Origin: an uncultured virus (IMG/VR IMGVR_UViG_3300009124_000008)
Lineage: Duplodnaviria; Heunggongvirae; Uroviricota; Caudoviricetes
Strand: one strand, 5' to 3'
IMG/VR virus record: IMGVR_UViG_3300009124_000008
DNA: 64,000 nt
In this document: positions 49,201-57,030 of the stretch, in pieces
Numbering within the stretch: the first letter of the stretch is position 1
How the letters are laid out: each line of letters starts with the position of its first letter
Notes under the pieces: model-generated
What the model was told of the DNA's origin: nothing
What the model saw: the letters and a program-made list of their open reading frames with translations, nothing else
Databases searched by the model: none
Made by a program: the position numbers and the translations under genes

Positions 49201-50483
49201 GGACAATTACAGCAAATCTGACTGGTGCTGCTTCCTTGAACGTTCTGGCAGCAGGAGACGACATGACTGGTCGCCTCGGTATTGGTAATGTTGCTACTAC
49301 TGATCAAGCATTAGAAGTTTCTGGTAGAGCAGATTTCTTAAGCAACATTACAGTTGATTCAGATCTAACAGTTGATGGAAGTACATTCCATGTAGATGGT
49401 ACAGACAATGCTGTTTGTATTGGTACTACTGCTTCCGAGGTTGCCACTAAACTACTGATTACCGAATCTGGTGCCCAAGATGCTCTATTGAAAATCTATG
49501 GTCAAGAAAATGGTGGCGTACAGTATGACCCAGTAATTCAGATGTTGGGGCAAGGAAATGATGCTTCTGTTGAAGGTTTTGAACTAAGATATGATAATAG
49601 TGTTGGTGATGTACAGTTTAAGCAACTTCTATCTTCAACAACCACCACCCCAGCATTCAGATTCAGCACTGGTGCCTTTACTGATGCTTTAACCATCACT
49701 GGCAATGGCAACTTAGGTGTTCAAATGACTGCCGATGATGCCTACGAATTAGATGTCAACGGTAATGTCAGAACTAAAACATCTTACACTGTTGGATATG
49801 CTAATGCTAATAATGGTGCCACCATTGTATTTGGAGGTGCCACTGGAACAGAACTTTCAACAATAACTGATGCCCAATCACAAGTTTCTAACTTTAGAAT
49901 TGGTAATCAGTTGACAACTAGTGATGTATTTGAAATCACTGCTAATGATTCTACCCAAGGCAATCTTGTTTGGAAAGGTACACCAGCACTTGCTGTTCAA
50001 GGTTCTTACAACAGAGTTGCTATTAACACTGATCAGTTTGGTGGTGTTGATCCAGAAGACAGCACCCAAAGATACTACAGCTTGAACATTCAAGGTGACT
50101 TGAATATCAATGGACTTGTCTATCAGAACAACGCTGAGTTTGTTACTTCACGTTGGACTGAAGCAGATAACGAGCTTGATATTTACAGAGCATCTAAAGT
50201 TTGGATTAATCCAGATGTTACTGTCAACGGTTTTACTGGCAATCCAACGTATGATTTACAAGTCGGTGGTGGTGCTAATGATGGTCACCTAGGGATGACT
50301 GGTATCTTATATGTAAACGATGCTGCTCAGTGGATTGATACACTGGGAATTATTAAGACTAACCCAAATACAATTGCTGAAGATGTAGAAATCCCAGCAA
50401 ACACCAACGCTACTTCTGCTGGTCCAATCACGATTCCACAAGGAGTAACAATTGATGTTCTAGGTAACTGGTCTATCGTCTGA
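40275..50483 (+). CDS. very large tail fibre-like protein
   Basis: 3402 aa; IYVS..GNDENDG beta-helix start, GLDADTLDG/GLDADKMDG, C-terminal GPITIPQGVTIDVLGNWSIV; CTAAATA at 40232. Confidence 0.85.
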   Translation: MSFKFNSDREQLRAIAPQIIGDEVVSYRSGTGADEKEVMRTLLDPDTKLPRVGINRTGSRIDRYVITNQGSGYTQLPTVTVAPPPAGPNARQAFASASVSAEGRVVGILIDDPGDGYTSAPAVSITGGNGSGAAADAFLDTVDFELDINGAIRTSTSIISDTARILNLDIDNLVTPDAQYRAPNLKTFINNTGTQWVPDKFYQENAFVVRGGNVYQAVSTGYSSANPLDPPLHIDGTEVNGNPVDDLARPGVLFKHIGFRVADQNEVYYNQTGEAGVYPRSITPLLGDKSDKIATTEYVLNLATNDVGGRIYVSQQIGNDENDGRSAVNPVRTIKKACQLAWQTPGVKESIIISGGDYTEDNPISIPPDASIVGDNLRLVIIRPANPRKHIFKFGDKNYVIGVTYRDQEGADTFTWDFAMVFDDKQRITYDSTVNGDYGTSWPVGTQVFGDDAFRATFQDNGALSSLVSGLEMRGVNGGLIRSTRVEFTTTTGPSAYITGVFDYVNVSGGITSGETLSFGGPNTVRFAPNTAYTIGQLIWTSDHTYNVTVAGTSGENSPTHDQGAANNGDGTLEFTFVRDTYTVVTTDIISIRPEGEVVFENVPNDADPPLPIYRIDFSQQGQADIATGGYQDPGIQEDLGGIILYTNALQGAENIHDFKEGEEIFISGLSTSGPDLSSLNGISRIYKVIEDPDGRSRRFVIPKKLPSLTDNNYDPGQFAAVRSVAKSVTLTLLNSPFKFNEATPVARRYQDACLQIKNNADFIADEVVGKINDEFKKEYFSIYDIGGTAAQQFTPSNVTYDPATGYATFTVNGHGLTAGDGVSIADGSITFTCAMDGNKTEHYYPESHNYSSGKALPVENPTANTFDLYVGVSGPDQQFTPTGASYNPATGDLTINLNTTHGLSVGEGITIDDNSLSFTCDMDNNQSTKTYPRPGIDPYAGRAVKITAIPSTTEITVNVGASRANQLFTPTAATYEPVTGNLTMTIGQHGIGVGRNIVLEDESFTFTCALDGNQTEHTYPRPGVDPYSGGKSIEVTAVGFTQHTVTDAPYDPATGDVTLTVPNHGFTNGDYIKLSDGSLTYTCDLDGNTVQKSYPRAGYDYPSGRWLQITNVSTNTFDINIGSADYTGTHTFVSAAVNGLERQDGTLTINVGTSSDTSQHTFVPGTENTNAVKYLPQSTHTFVGTTANSIKHLPQSAHTFVRSEPNSLLVGGDQFKIYLGTSRFVHTYVSGGTITFGGSSYNITNFEYDNFITGTATITIDTSIPGVSEDNIVKLADILVECVIDGVTTQKTYPSFNIPVSDNKCRRDIKHFLNALTQDLEFGSNNNILDAAKRYIDGTNTEITYVENEIIQTVRAIEYARELAIYAMRKWRTGNGMAGDPIYTPVYSTVARYFDNTIIDDGNSPACDNVRSAIDTLSYLFVDVLANNASGTYLDAAYLIARNRDHIADEAYNAAIVQYPNLGLVNIDERKCRRDIGFILRALIRDLILGGNAGMLQAAESYYTGTTLTGIPASELGATIFAFNKVRDLSIEAMRNWVDSSGNASSAALYTPIPRFTDSSILADPAGNPLCAAVESSITTEFQLLEDILDGTIAKGATEETTGTLFDTVGLYTYADSVIKDSVGNYITVKATYDDLPIIEASPYTQNSSIISKLGGGGALIDGSKVKQPNCPFPGLTLDGEAQFPNQGKSMVAAAFTVVSEGGIGYKIIEDGYVQLVSVFCIFCADGILAESGGYASVTNSASNFGIFALRSTGFRREAYEFDVATISNVSSTPTGRTILSISGIGREPLEHYVVKIDGYENVNPDIEYFVDVVEGVTVGPPFSAQITLESGSGGPAEFKEISTGNVVSLSSLVGETVRLHRPSIVNSSSHTWEYAGSGTNYNALPENGGVKIEANEQVSENYGRTYVSGTDELGDFKVGTFARIENRTGNITFTGTVTISEVEFLKLKGGDVVVTGFDNSNTLGGANATDSKLPTQKAVKDFITNNLGPFINKPYSTNPVPRALVELTDSGKISEDQIPPLRPFQVYTVADQAERLAIEGALAGDIAIQEGDPDALPEPIDPSTYILNNDNDSLFLGFPVDTTLQFTIGDVFTGNISGGKVQATEYRQGVVYQLNITDGGSGYITPPLVTVTGGNPQSGAITAAVTTEIANGQVVIMNIELFNGYKGGKGYTTPPTITIAAPSGSGTQATATALIESRLYGDIVNNVKIVDTDTIESSDLPAETINLTRVINTSGQDDANWVSLSSESISANQITSGVISTARLASNASGEESAANSFTFLRGDQSYQPAVQTIKGPETRYFAKLKSQANSGASQLVFDSNSNFIKGHEVVQITGIQADTNIDGVLTEAGETTVTLDKFLTATLAANTVLEFNRGSSPLTFESSQTQGEFVEQIVIQNGGSGFDAGPFFNVPLSGGNGSGLRVNIITTGGVVTDVTIVNGGEGYGQNTSQQNVDFIVSSAPTEIGPGTGLVLLAKVTTVLRQYANVAVDINRVTDLTTSGDLYGTLGVARFKKSQFEIGQSGNGSVDIKTGPDSGLDADTLDGAQGSFYLNSSNQSAGTLPVDRLSGTYNINISNQSGSTLRLRTSTTTPTSNPSPDEFSAGVIADTKNNNADNLFDGGTRHMVLTFRNGGTDFDATFGGVRQLAITDGTTDNGGNLWLRGSYNSPANQFGDWHKIWSSGNDGTLSGLDADKMDGRQGTWYQTATHINYGIFSNNRLPKLQSEKDILKTFRVLDWSGTPRYNVLVRDELLNSAPFQVGTPLNLYDNGGNGVGELTLTKVDPVQDTNDSANNYTLLTGSLTSGDFIDAQGNQVAFFIGTGGVANAFEFQDYSVSYIDQNADGRADGTYEVIEAISDGGKAVLKMGRVDGQASTAPSIFFRSSQQAAPNYNTAIIASGGDTSDGSGALEFKTGTANSLTVNGNIIWNAANVSVSVANLGSTYSGTNNADFDGNNPDDNVTSRNVVMRDLNGDFDAGTITANLTGAASLNVLAAGDDMTGRLGIGNVATTDQALEVSGRADFLSNITVDSDLTVDGSTFHVDGTDNAVCIGTTASEVATKLLITESGAQDALLKIYGQENGGVQYDPVIQMLGQGNDASVEGFELRYDNSVGDVQFKQLLSSTTTTPAFRFSTGAFTDALTITGNGNLGVQMTADDAYELDVNGNVRTKTSYTVGYANANNGATIVFGGATGTELSTITDAQSQVSNFRIGNQLTTSDVFEITANDSTQGNLVWKGTPALAVQGSYNRVAINTDQFGGVDPEDSTQRYYSLNIQGDLNINGLVYQNNAEFVTSRWTEADNELDIYRASKVWINPDVTVNGFTGNPTYDLQVGGGANDGHLGMTGILYVNDAAQWIDTLGIIKTNPNTIAEDVEIPANTNATSAGPITIPQGVTIDVLGNWSIV

Positions 50484-50489
50484 TAAATA
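50483..50489 (+). promoter_or_regulatory. late promoter
   Basis: ATAAATA before glycine-rich gene 1. Confidence 0.7.
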
Positions 50490-50523
50490 AATATAACAAC
50501 AGGATAACTACGACTTTACTGCT

Positions 50524-51579
50524 ATGTCAACTCTTAATGTAGGGACTATTACTTTATCAACAGGATTGACTCTCCCCGCTTATAATTCAAGCCCTGATAA
50601 TAGACCTGCTCATTCTGCTGGTAGAACAATCTTTGATAACACAACAGGAACTATCCAAGTTTCTGATGGTACTCAATGGATCTCTGCTGGCACTAGTGGA
50701 AGTGGTTTGATTTCTGCTACTGGAGGAGAGATTACTTTCTCAGGTGGATATAAAGTTCACACTTTTTCCCAAGTAGGACAATATAATTTTTCAGTTGGCG
50801 GCGCTGCCTCAGGTGCTACTGCTGAAGTTCTTGTTGTTGCTGGAGGCGGCTCTGGTGGAACCATTGGTGGTGGAGGAGGTGGAGGTGGCGTTTGCTACCA
50901 CTCTGCTTATCCTATTTCTACTGGTTCGTATTCTGTTGAAGTCGGTGCTGGTGCTATCTGTCCACTAGCGGGTTATCCTTCACCCAAAGGACAGCAAGCA
51001 GGACCAAGTATTTTTGGATCTCATGAAGCATATGGTGGTGGTCCTGGTGGATCTTGGTCTGGACAAACTAATGAGCAAGGAACTCCAGGTGGTTCTGGTG
51101 GGGGCGGGACTGGTCCTGGACCAGATGCTCAAGGTGGAAGTGCCACCAAAGGAGTTGCTCCTGGCGGCGGTCAAACTTATGGAAATCCTGGATATAATGG
51201 TGGTAACTTAACTTCTGGCACCCACAGTGGCACCCACACTGGTGGAGGCGGCGGCGGTGCTAATCCCAATAACAATAATAACGGAAGAGTTGGTGGTGAT
51301 GGTATAACACTTATGGGTCTGACTGTCGGTGGCGGCGGTGGCGGGGGTTGCCACGAAAACTATGCTAACTCTCCTATTACTACTCCAAATGCTCCTGGTG
51401 GCGGTGGTCGAGGTGCTTCAAGATCTTCTCAGTTTGCTGGTGGTGGGGGTCTAGGTTTTGGCGAACCTGCTCTTACTAACACTGGCGGCGGAGGCGGCGG
51501 TGGATGGTATAATGGAGGTGGCACTGGACAAGGTGGTGCTGGAGCTCCTGGTATCGTTGTTGTTAGACACTCTGTATGA
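50524..51579 (+). CDS. glycine-rich domain protein 1 (putative fibre tip/adhesin)
   Basis: YKVHTF, VLVVAGGGSGG, multiple Gly runs, GAPGIVVVRH C-terminus. Confidence 0.8.
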   Translation: MSTLNVGTITLSTGLTLPAYNSSPDNRPAHSAGRTIFDNTTGTIQVSDGTQWISAGTSGSGLISATGGEITFSGGYKVHTFSQVGQYNFSVGGAASGATAEVLVVAGGGSGGTIGGGGGGGGVCYHSAYPISTGSYSVEVGAGAICPLAGYPSPKGQQAGPSIFGSHEAYGGGPGGSWSGQTNEQGTPGGSGGGGTGPGPDAQGGSATKGVAPGGGQTYGNPGYNGGNLTSGTHSGTHTGGGGGGANPNNNNNGRVGGDGITLMGLTVGGGGGGGCHENYANSPITTPNAPGGGGRGASRSSQFAGGGGLGFGEPALTNTGGGGGGGWYNGGGTGQGGAGAPGIVVVRHSV

Positions 51580-51587
51580 GGTAATTA

Positions 51588-52085
51588 ATGTTTTATGATG
51601 TAATTGAAAATTTTCTAAGTGAAGAAGATTTTGGTGATCTTGTAACAAATACACTCAATAATATATACTTCCCATTGTTTCTAAAGCAGCGTGTCGCTGC
51701 TTCTTGGACTAACGATGGGATTTATTTTACACATTGTTTTTGGCAGAATGATGGGGTTAACAGCGATTTTTACAAGCATATAGTTCCAATTCTAGATAAG
51801 TTATCACCAAATAAAATCAAAAGAATTCAATTTAATTTGTACCCAAAAACCCACGAAATTGTACGCCACGACTGGCATGTTGATGAACCAGACGATCATA
51901 AGGGTTGTATATTATATCTAAATACTAATGACGGACAAACGTTATTGAGAGAATCGGAAGATAGTGCTATAGGTATTAGATCTATTGCTAATCGAGCATT
52001 ATTTTTTAATCCAGCAAAACCTCACTGTAGTACAACTTGTACTGATAAAGAATTTAGATCAAATATTATTTTCAACTATGAGTGA
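51588..52085 (+). CDS. 2OG-Fe(II) oxygenase
   Basis: WHVD, CILYLNTNDG.T, NRALFF...H, R.NI.FNY. Confidence 0.8.
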   Translation: MFYDVIENFLSEEDFGDLVTNTLNNIYFPLFLKQRVAASWTNDGIYFTHCFWQNDGVNSDFYKHIVPILDKLSPNKIKRIQFNLYPKTHEIVRHDWHVDEPDDHKGCILYLNTNDGQTLLRESEDSAIGIRSIANRALFFNPAKPHCSTTCTDKEFRSNIIFNYE

Positions 52086-52746
52086 ACTACATAATGTGTT
52101 TTCGATACCTGTATGGAAAACAAAGATTACAGAATCTGATTATAATAAAAAATTAATTCTCAATGAAATGTTGGACAACTTTAAAGTTGATCCAAAGAGA
52201 AACACTTGGGATAAGGTGATGCCCACTACTATGAAAAGTGTGTGGCACCACTCAAATAATGATGAAGATGATAAAAGATTTACTTCGATTAGTTATGAAG
52301 AATCTGGTCTTACTAAAATAATAGATTCTAGAATTAGAGAATTCTTTTCTCATTGTAGATTTACATCCGACGTAAATTATTTTTTTCAGATTACAAACTA
52401 TACTGTATCTACAGAAGGTTATTTTCTTACTAGTCATGGACATGGACAAGACTCTTTTAGTTCCGTCTTGTTCTTACAATACGATAAACTAAATCATCCA
52501 TCGACATATTTTAATAATCCATATTCAGCGGCAGATCAAACACGTTGGTTACAAAAAGATCTTTATAATTCTATTGATCACAAAGATCCATTTTTTAGTT
52601 ATTTCCAAGATGTATGGTCTATCGAAACTGAAGAAGATGACTATATGATTTTCCCTGGACATGTTAAACATGAAGTTCCTACTGTAGGAAAATCAGACAA
52701 AGAACGTGTTACCATTTCCTGTAATATTAAAGTGTATAAACCATGA
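52078..52746 (+). CDS. 2OG-Fe(II) oxygenase (HxH type)
   Basis: HGH..SFSSVLFL, IFPGHVKHEV, RVTISCN; ATG 52078. Confidence 0.8.
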   Translation: MSELHNVFSIPVWKTKITESDYNKKLILNEMLDNFKVDPKRNTWDKVMPTTMKSVWHHSNNDEDDKRFTSISYEESGLTKIIDSRIREFFSHCRFTSDVNYFFQITNYTVSTEGYFLTSHGHGQDSFSSVLFLQYDKLNHPSTYFNNPYSAADQTRWLQKDLYNSIDHKDPFFSYFQDVWSIETEEDDYMIFPGHVKHEVPTVGKSDKERVTISCNIKVYKP

Positions 52747-54302
52747 GTAAGATTATTAATAGCATAACAGTTGTTGGTGGTGGTAGTGCTGGATGGATGA
52801 CCGCCGCTACTTTGTGTAGGTTTTTCCCCAACCGAAAAATTACGGTAATTGAAAGTCCTGATATTCCTATTGTTGGTGTTGGTGAAAGCACATTAGGTCA
52901 GATCAATCATTGGTTGTATGCTCTTGGTATCAATGATGATGAGTTTATGAAAGAATGTGATGCTTCTTACAAGTTGAGCATCAAGTTCACAAATTTTTAT
53001 AAGAAGAATGATGGTGGATTTCATTATCCTTTTGGAGCTCCATATTTAAAGGATACAGAACTTGGTTACAATGATTGGGGGTTAATTAAATTATTTTACC
53101 CAGCCATACCAAATATTGATTTTGCTCGATGTTACAATCCTGCTACTACCCTAGCAGAAAACAATAAAATCTCTATGAACACTAGAGGTGAGTTTGACAA
53201 TTTCAATTTCAAGAAAGATACTGCTTATCACTTCGATGCCGTAAAGTTTGGTCAGTGGTTGAAGAATAATTACTGCCTTCCCAGAGGTGTAGTTCTAATC
53301 AACAAAAATGTTGAGAATGTAATTACAAATGATGATGGCATTGAGAAGTTAATTCTTGATGATGGTTCAGAACATACATCAGATCTATTTGTAGATTGTA
53401 CAGGATTCAAGAGTCTTCTCTTACAGCAAGCAATGGATGAGGAGTTCATTTCTTATGAGGACATTCTACCAAACAACAAAGCATGGGCAACTAAACTTCC
53501 ATACACAGACAAGGATAAACAACTAGAACCATTCACAAACTCAACTGCTTTATCTAATGGTTGGGTATGGAACATTCCACTATGGAGTAGAATTGGTACA
53601 GGTTATGTTTATAGTGATAAATTTACAACTAAGGAAGATGCTTTAGAAGAGTTTAAAGAATACTTAGGTAGAGATGATTTAGAATTCAAAGACATCTCTA
53701 TGAGAATTGGTATTCATAAGAGAACTTGGGTTAAGAATGTAGTTGCCATTGGTTTGTCGGCAGGATTTATTGAACCACTAGAAAGTAATGGTTTGTTTAC
53801 TGTTCACGAATTCTTGCTTAAACTAGTCAAGTCTTTGTCCAAAGAATCAATCAATCAGTTTGATAGAGACACATACAATCTAGTCACCAGAGATATGTTT
53901 GATGTCTTTGCTACTTTTGTATCTCTTCATTATAAACTAAGTGCTAGAGACGATTCGGAATATTGGAGATATATAACTGAGAAAAGTGTGGAAAGAGATG
54001 AGATTAATTTAATCCCACAACTACAATCTGACTTTAGGAATCTCGCTCAAGCAAAGTTATACAATGAAGAATTTATGTTGAATAGTGGCACTCCATATAT
54101 CGCTATGGGAATGAACTATAGTATAATTAATGACCAAACATTATTATCATGGGAGTATTATCATGGCAAAAATTACAAAGAAATTGCTGATAGAGCGTAT
54201 ACTATGTTCGGTAAAAGAAAAAGTTTATGGCAACAAGCAGCATACATATCCCCAACATTGAACCAATTTTTGGCAAATAAATATAACAGTGAGGTCGTTT
54301 GA
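52743..54302 (+). CDS. prnA: flavin-dependent halogenase (tryptophan halogenase/PrnA family)
   Basis: VVGGGSAGW, GVGEST, ASYKLSIKF (catalytic Lys position), YHFDA, GWVWNIP, FIEPLESNG. Confidence 0.92.
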   Translation: MSKIINSITVVGGGSAGWMTAATLCRFFPNRKITVIESPDIPIVGVGESTLGQINHWLYALGINDDEFMKECDASYKLSIKFTNFYKKNDGGFHYPFGAPYLKDTELGYNDWGLIKLFYPAIPNIDFARCYNPATTLAENNKISMNTRGEFDNFNFKKDTAYHFDAVKFGQWLKNNYCLPRGVVLINKNVENVITNDDGIEKLILDDGSEHTSDLFVDCTGFKSLLLQQAMDEEFISYEDILPNNKAWATKLPYTDKDKQLEPFTNSTALSNGWVWNIPLWSRIGTGYVYSDKFTTKEDALEEFKEYLGRDDLEFKDISMRIGIHKRTWVKNVVAIGLSAGFIEPLESNGLFTVHEFLLKLVKSLSKESINQFDRDTYNLVTRDMFDVFATFVSLHYKLSARDDSEYWRYITEKSVERDEINLIPQLQSDFRNLAQAKLYNEEFMLNSGTPYIAMGMNYSIINDQTLLSWEYYHGKNYKEIADRAYTMFGKRKSLWQQAAYISPTLNQFLANKYNSEVV

Positions 54303-54308
54303 ATTATT

Positions 54309-54911
54309 ATGGCATACGAAGCTATTTGGTATTACACCAGCATTCCTGATGATGTTGTTGATTGTTTATCTAGAGATTTAGAAAATCTTACTAACAATGA
54401 TGAGTTTTTAGAATCTCAAACTAAGTCAGGTCCTGACTATCAAATGAGAGATAGTTCTAATCTATGGATTCCAGATACTCACTGGGTCTGTGGATTAATG
54501 TGGCACTACATTAACTTGGCAAATAAAAATAACTTTAGATACGACATTGATGGATTTGATGGAGGATCTATCCAATACACTAGATACCAAACTGATAATT
54601 ATTACAATTGGCATAAAGATGATGGAGTAGGTAATGCTTATACACCTCTTCCAGATCCACAAGAAGATTTTATAGTCAGTAACACACAAAAGATTAGAAA
54701 GCTTTCTATTACTGTACAATTATCTTCCCATGAAGATTATACTGGTGGTGAAGTTCAGTTTATGGAAGATCAAAAGAAAACATTTTTTGCTCCGAAGAAA
54801 AAAGGAACAGTAATCGTTTTCGATAGTCGATTGCCACATAGAGCAAAGAAAGTTTTAACTGGAGAAAGACGTTCTCTGGTTGGTTGGGTAGTTGGTCCAC
54901 AATGGAGGTAA
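54309..54911 (+). CDS. 2OG-Fe(II) oxygenase (PKHD-like)
   Basis: WHKD, RKLSITVQLS, YTGG, FDSRLPHR, RRSLVGW. Confidence 0.88.
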   Translation: MAYEAIWYYTSIPDDVVDCLSRDLENLTNNDEFLESQTKSGPDYQMRDSSNLWIPDTHWVCGLMWHYINLANKNNFRYDIDGFDGGSIQYTRYQTDNYYNWHKDDGVGNAYTPLPDPQEDFIVSNTQKIRKLSITVQLSSHEDYTGGEVQFMEDQKKTFFAPKKKGTVIVFDSRLPHRAKKVLTGERRSLVGWVVGPQWR

Positions 54912-54912
54912 T

Positions 54913-55485
54913 ATGAGAGAGTGGGATGATTGGTCTGTTATTTTAGTTCGTCAATTAATAGATCCTGTGTATCTTTTCCAACCTATTCCATGGGAAAGAG
55001 GTCAGTACACATACAGGTCTTCTGGAAATGTAGTGGTAGATACAAGTGAGAGGCAGGTTCCTGGTAGTATTTCTAGATACAACCACCCTCACTACAGAGA
55101 AATTTATTACGATGTAAAAAACAAAATACAAGAAATAATTAACGAATCCTTATATCCTACGTATTACTACGATAGGTTTTATTTCAAAAATCAAGAACTA
55201 ACTCCACATAAAGATAGACCATCTTGTGAAGTCAGTGTTTCTTTACATTGTTCTAATAACTTAGATTATGAATGGCCTATATGGTTTGATACACCAGACG
55301 GAGACAAAGTTCCTTTGACAACAAATCCTGGTGATGCTGTCATATATAAAGGATGTGAACGTGAACATTGGCGTGAACCAATGAAAGGAAATCACAAATC
55401 ATACTACCACCAAATCTTTTTCCATTATGTAAGAAGAGATGGACCTTACATTGAACATGCCTTTGACTCTCCTAATCGAAGATAA
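54913..55485 (+). CDS. 2OG-Fe(II) oxygenase-like protein
   Basis: HKDRPSCEVSVSL, PGDAVIYKG...HWRE, QIFFHYV; GGAGGT RBS. Confidence 0.8.
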   Translation: MREWDDWSVILVRQLIDPVYLFQPIPWERGQYTYRSSGNVVVDTSERQVPGSISRYNHPHYREIYYDVKNKIQEIINESLYPTYYYDRFYFKNQELTPHKDRPSCEVSVSLHCSNNLDYEWPIWFDTPDGDKVPLTTNPGDAVIYKGCEREHWREPMKGNHKSYYHQIFFHYVRRDGPYIEHAFDSPNRR

Positions 55486-55488
55486 ATA
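55482..55488 (+). promoter_or_regulatory. late promoter
   Basis: ATAAATA before glycine-rich gene 2. Confidence 0.65.
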
Positions 55489-55514
55489 CTTAGAGACACT
55501 ACCGCCCGATAAAC

Positions 55515-56708
55515 ATGTCGAATTTAAATGTTGGTGAAGCTGTTGTAGGATCGGAGTTAAACCTACCGATCCACACTAATTCATCAAGACCTACTGGAGC
55601 ACCTCCAGGTCATATGATTTTTAATCAGCAAGAGGGAAAGATTCAAATTTATGATGGATCTGAATGGATTTCTATTGGATCTACTAATTACGATATTTCT
55701 GCTACTGGTGATGTAACCACTTTTGATCTTACTGGAGATAATGCTGGGGATAGAGTTATCAAATTTACTGGTGATGGAACACTGACCATAAACAATGCTT
55801 CTACTGATAAAGGTATTGATCTTTTGATTATTGGAGGTGGCGGCGGTGGCGGTGGTGTTATCGGCGGCGGGGGCGGCGCTGGTGGCACATTGTATAAGAG
55901 AAATCTCCAACTTCCAGTTGGTACGTACCAAATTACTGTTGGTTCTGGTGGTCTTGGTGGTAGGGGATGGAACAACGTTGACCAAGAAGGAAGAGCAGGT
56001 CAACCATCTATATTAGTTGGTGGCGATATCATTTACGAAGCTGTAGGTGGTGGCGGTGGTGAAGCACATGGTGGATCTAGTGGTCCTGGTTTTTCTGGGT
56101 CTGGTGGTTGTGGCGGTGGATCCGCTAACAGATCTAGACGTGGTGGTTCTGCCGTAGGTAATGCTTTTGGTTATATAGAAACTCTACAGACTCCACCTAG
56201 ATCAGCCAGTAATGATGCTTATGCTGAAGGGGCTGGTGTTCTAGGATCCCACACAGCCAACACAGGCGGTAATAACAGTGCTCTTGTAAAAAGAGGTATC
56301 CAAGGTTGGCCAGGTGGAAATTGGGGAGGTGGAGACACTGGCGCTGGTGGCGGCGGTTGTGGTTACTGTGGTACTAATGGAGGAGCACCAAGAGATGTTG
56401 GTGGTCCTGGTGGTCCTGGATGCTATATGGAAATTGAAGGCACCCTAAAAGCATATGCTGGTGGAGGTGGCGGAGGTGTCCGTGGTACTGGAAGACAAAG
56501 AGGTGTGGGTGGTGTAGGTGGAGGCGGCGAAGGTGGTAGAAACACCTTGCTTCCTGCTGATTATGGTTCAAATAATGGAGAAGCTGCCGAAAACGGTCAG
56601 GTAAACACTGGTGGAGGCGGCGGCGGAGCAGGTTATAATGGTGGTAGTAGCTCCACCATCGGAGGCACTGGTGGTCCTGGTATTGTAATTGTTCGCTATA
56701 AAAAGTAA
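55515..56708 (+). CDS. glycine-rich domain protein 2 (paralogue of 50524)
   Basis: Same N-terminal module, LLIIGGGGGGG, NTGGGGGG, GGPGIVIVRY. Confidence 0.8.
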   Translation: MSNLNVGEAVVGSELNLPIHTNSSRPTGAPPGHMIFNQQEGKIQIYDGSEWISIGSTNYDISATGDVTTFDLTGDNAGDRVIKFTGDGTLTINNASTDKGIDLLIIGGGGGGGGVIGGGGGAGGTLYKRNLQLPVGTYQITVGSGGLGGRGWNNVDQEGRAGQPSILVGGDIIYEAVGGGGGEAHGGSSGPGFSGSGGCGGGSANRSRRGGSAVGNAFGYIETLQTPPRSASNDAYAEGAGVLGSHTANTGGNNSALVKRGIQGWPGGNWGGGDTGAGGGGCGYCGTNGGAPRDVGGPGGPGCYMEIEGTLKAYAGGGGGGVRGTGRQRGVGGVGGGGEGGRNTLLPADYGSNNGEAAENGQVNTGGGGGGAGYNGGSSSTIGGTGGPGIVIVRYKK

Positions 56709-56709
56709 A

Positions 56710-57030
56710 ATGGATTTAACATATATTGCTTCACTAACTGAAGATCAAAAGCAAGTTTTAGCCGATCTATTAAATCATATTAACGACGAAGAACCATTTG
56801 GTCCTGGCGTTAGTTCTGATTGGGTCATTAAAATGAGAGAGGATCTTCGTTTATCTACTCCCAAAAGAGAAGATCTTGAGAGATGTAGAATGCTACAGTT
56901 GCTCAATAGATCAGAAGCTAAAGTAGGTTATACTGTCGATGACTTGACAACTCCCGATGGTCTACCTGTTGTTAGAATTGTTGGGTCAACTGTAGAACTT
57001 GATAAATTACTTGATACTGACACAGAATGA
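56710..57030 (+). CDS. hypothetical protein
   Basis: ORF 56689..57030; ATG 56710. Confidence 0.65.
   Translation: MDLTYIASLTEDQKQVLADLLNHINDEEPFGPGVSSDWVIKMREDLRLSTPKREDLERCRMLQLLNRSEAKVGYTVDDLTTPDGLPVVRIVGSTVELDKLLDTDTE

Noticed and set aside
50524..56708. Diversity-generating retroelement or DNA-level repeat system at the Gly-rich genes
   Set aside because: No reverse transcriptase or template/variable repeat pair seen; GGN runs are explained by Gly codons
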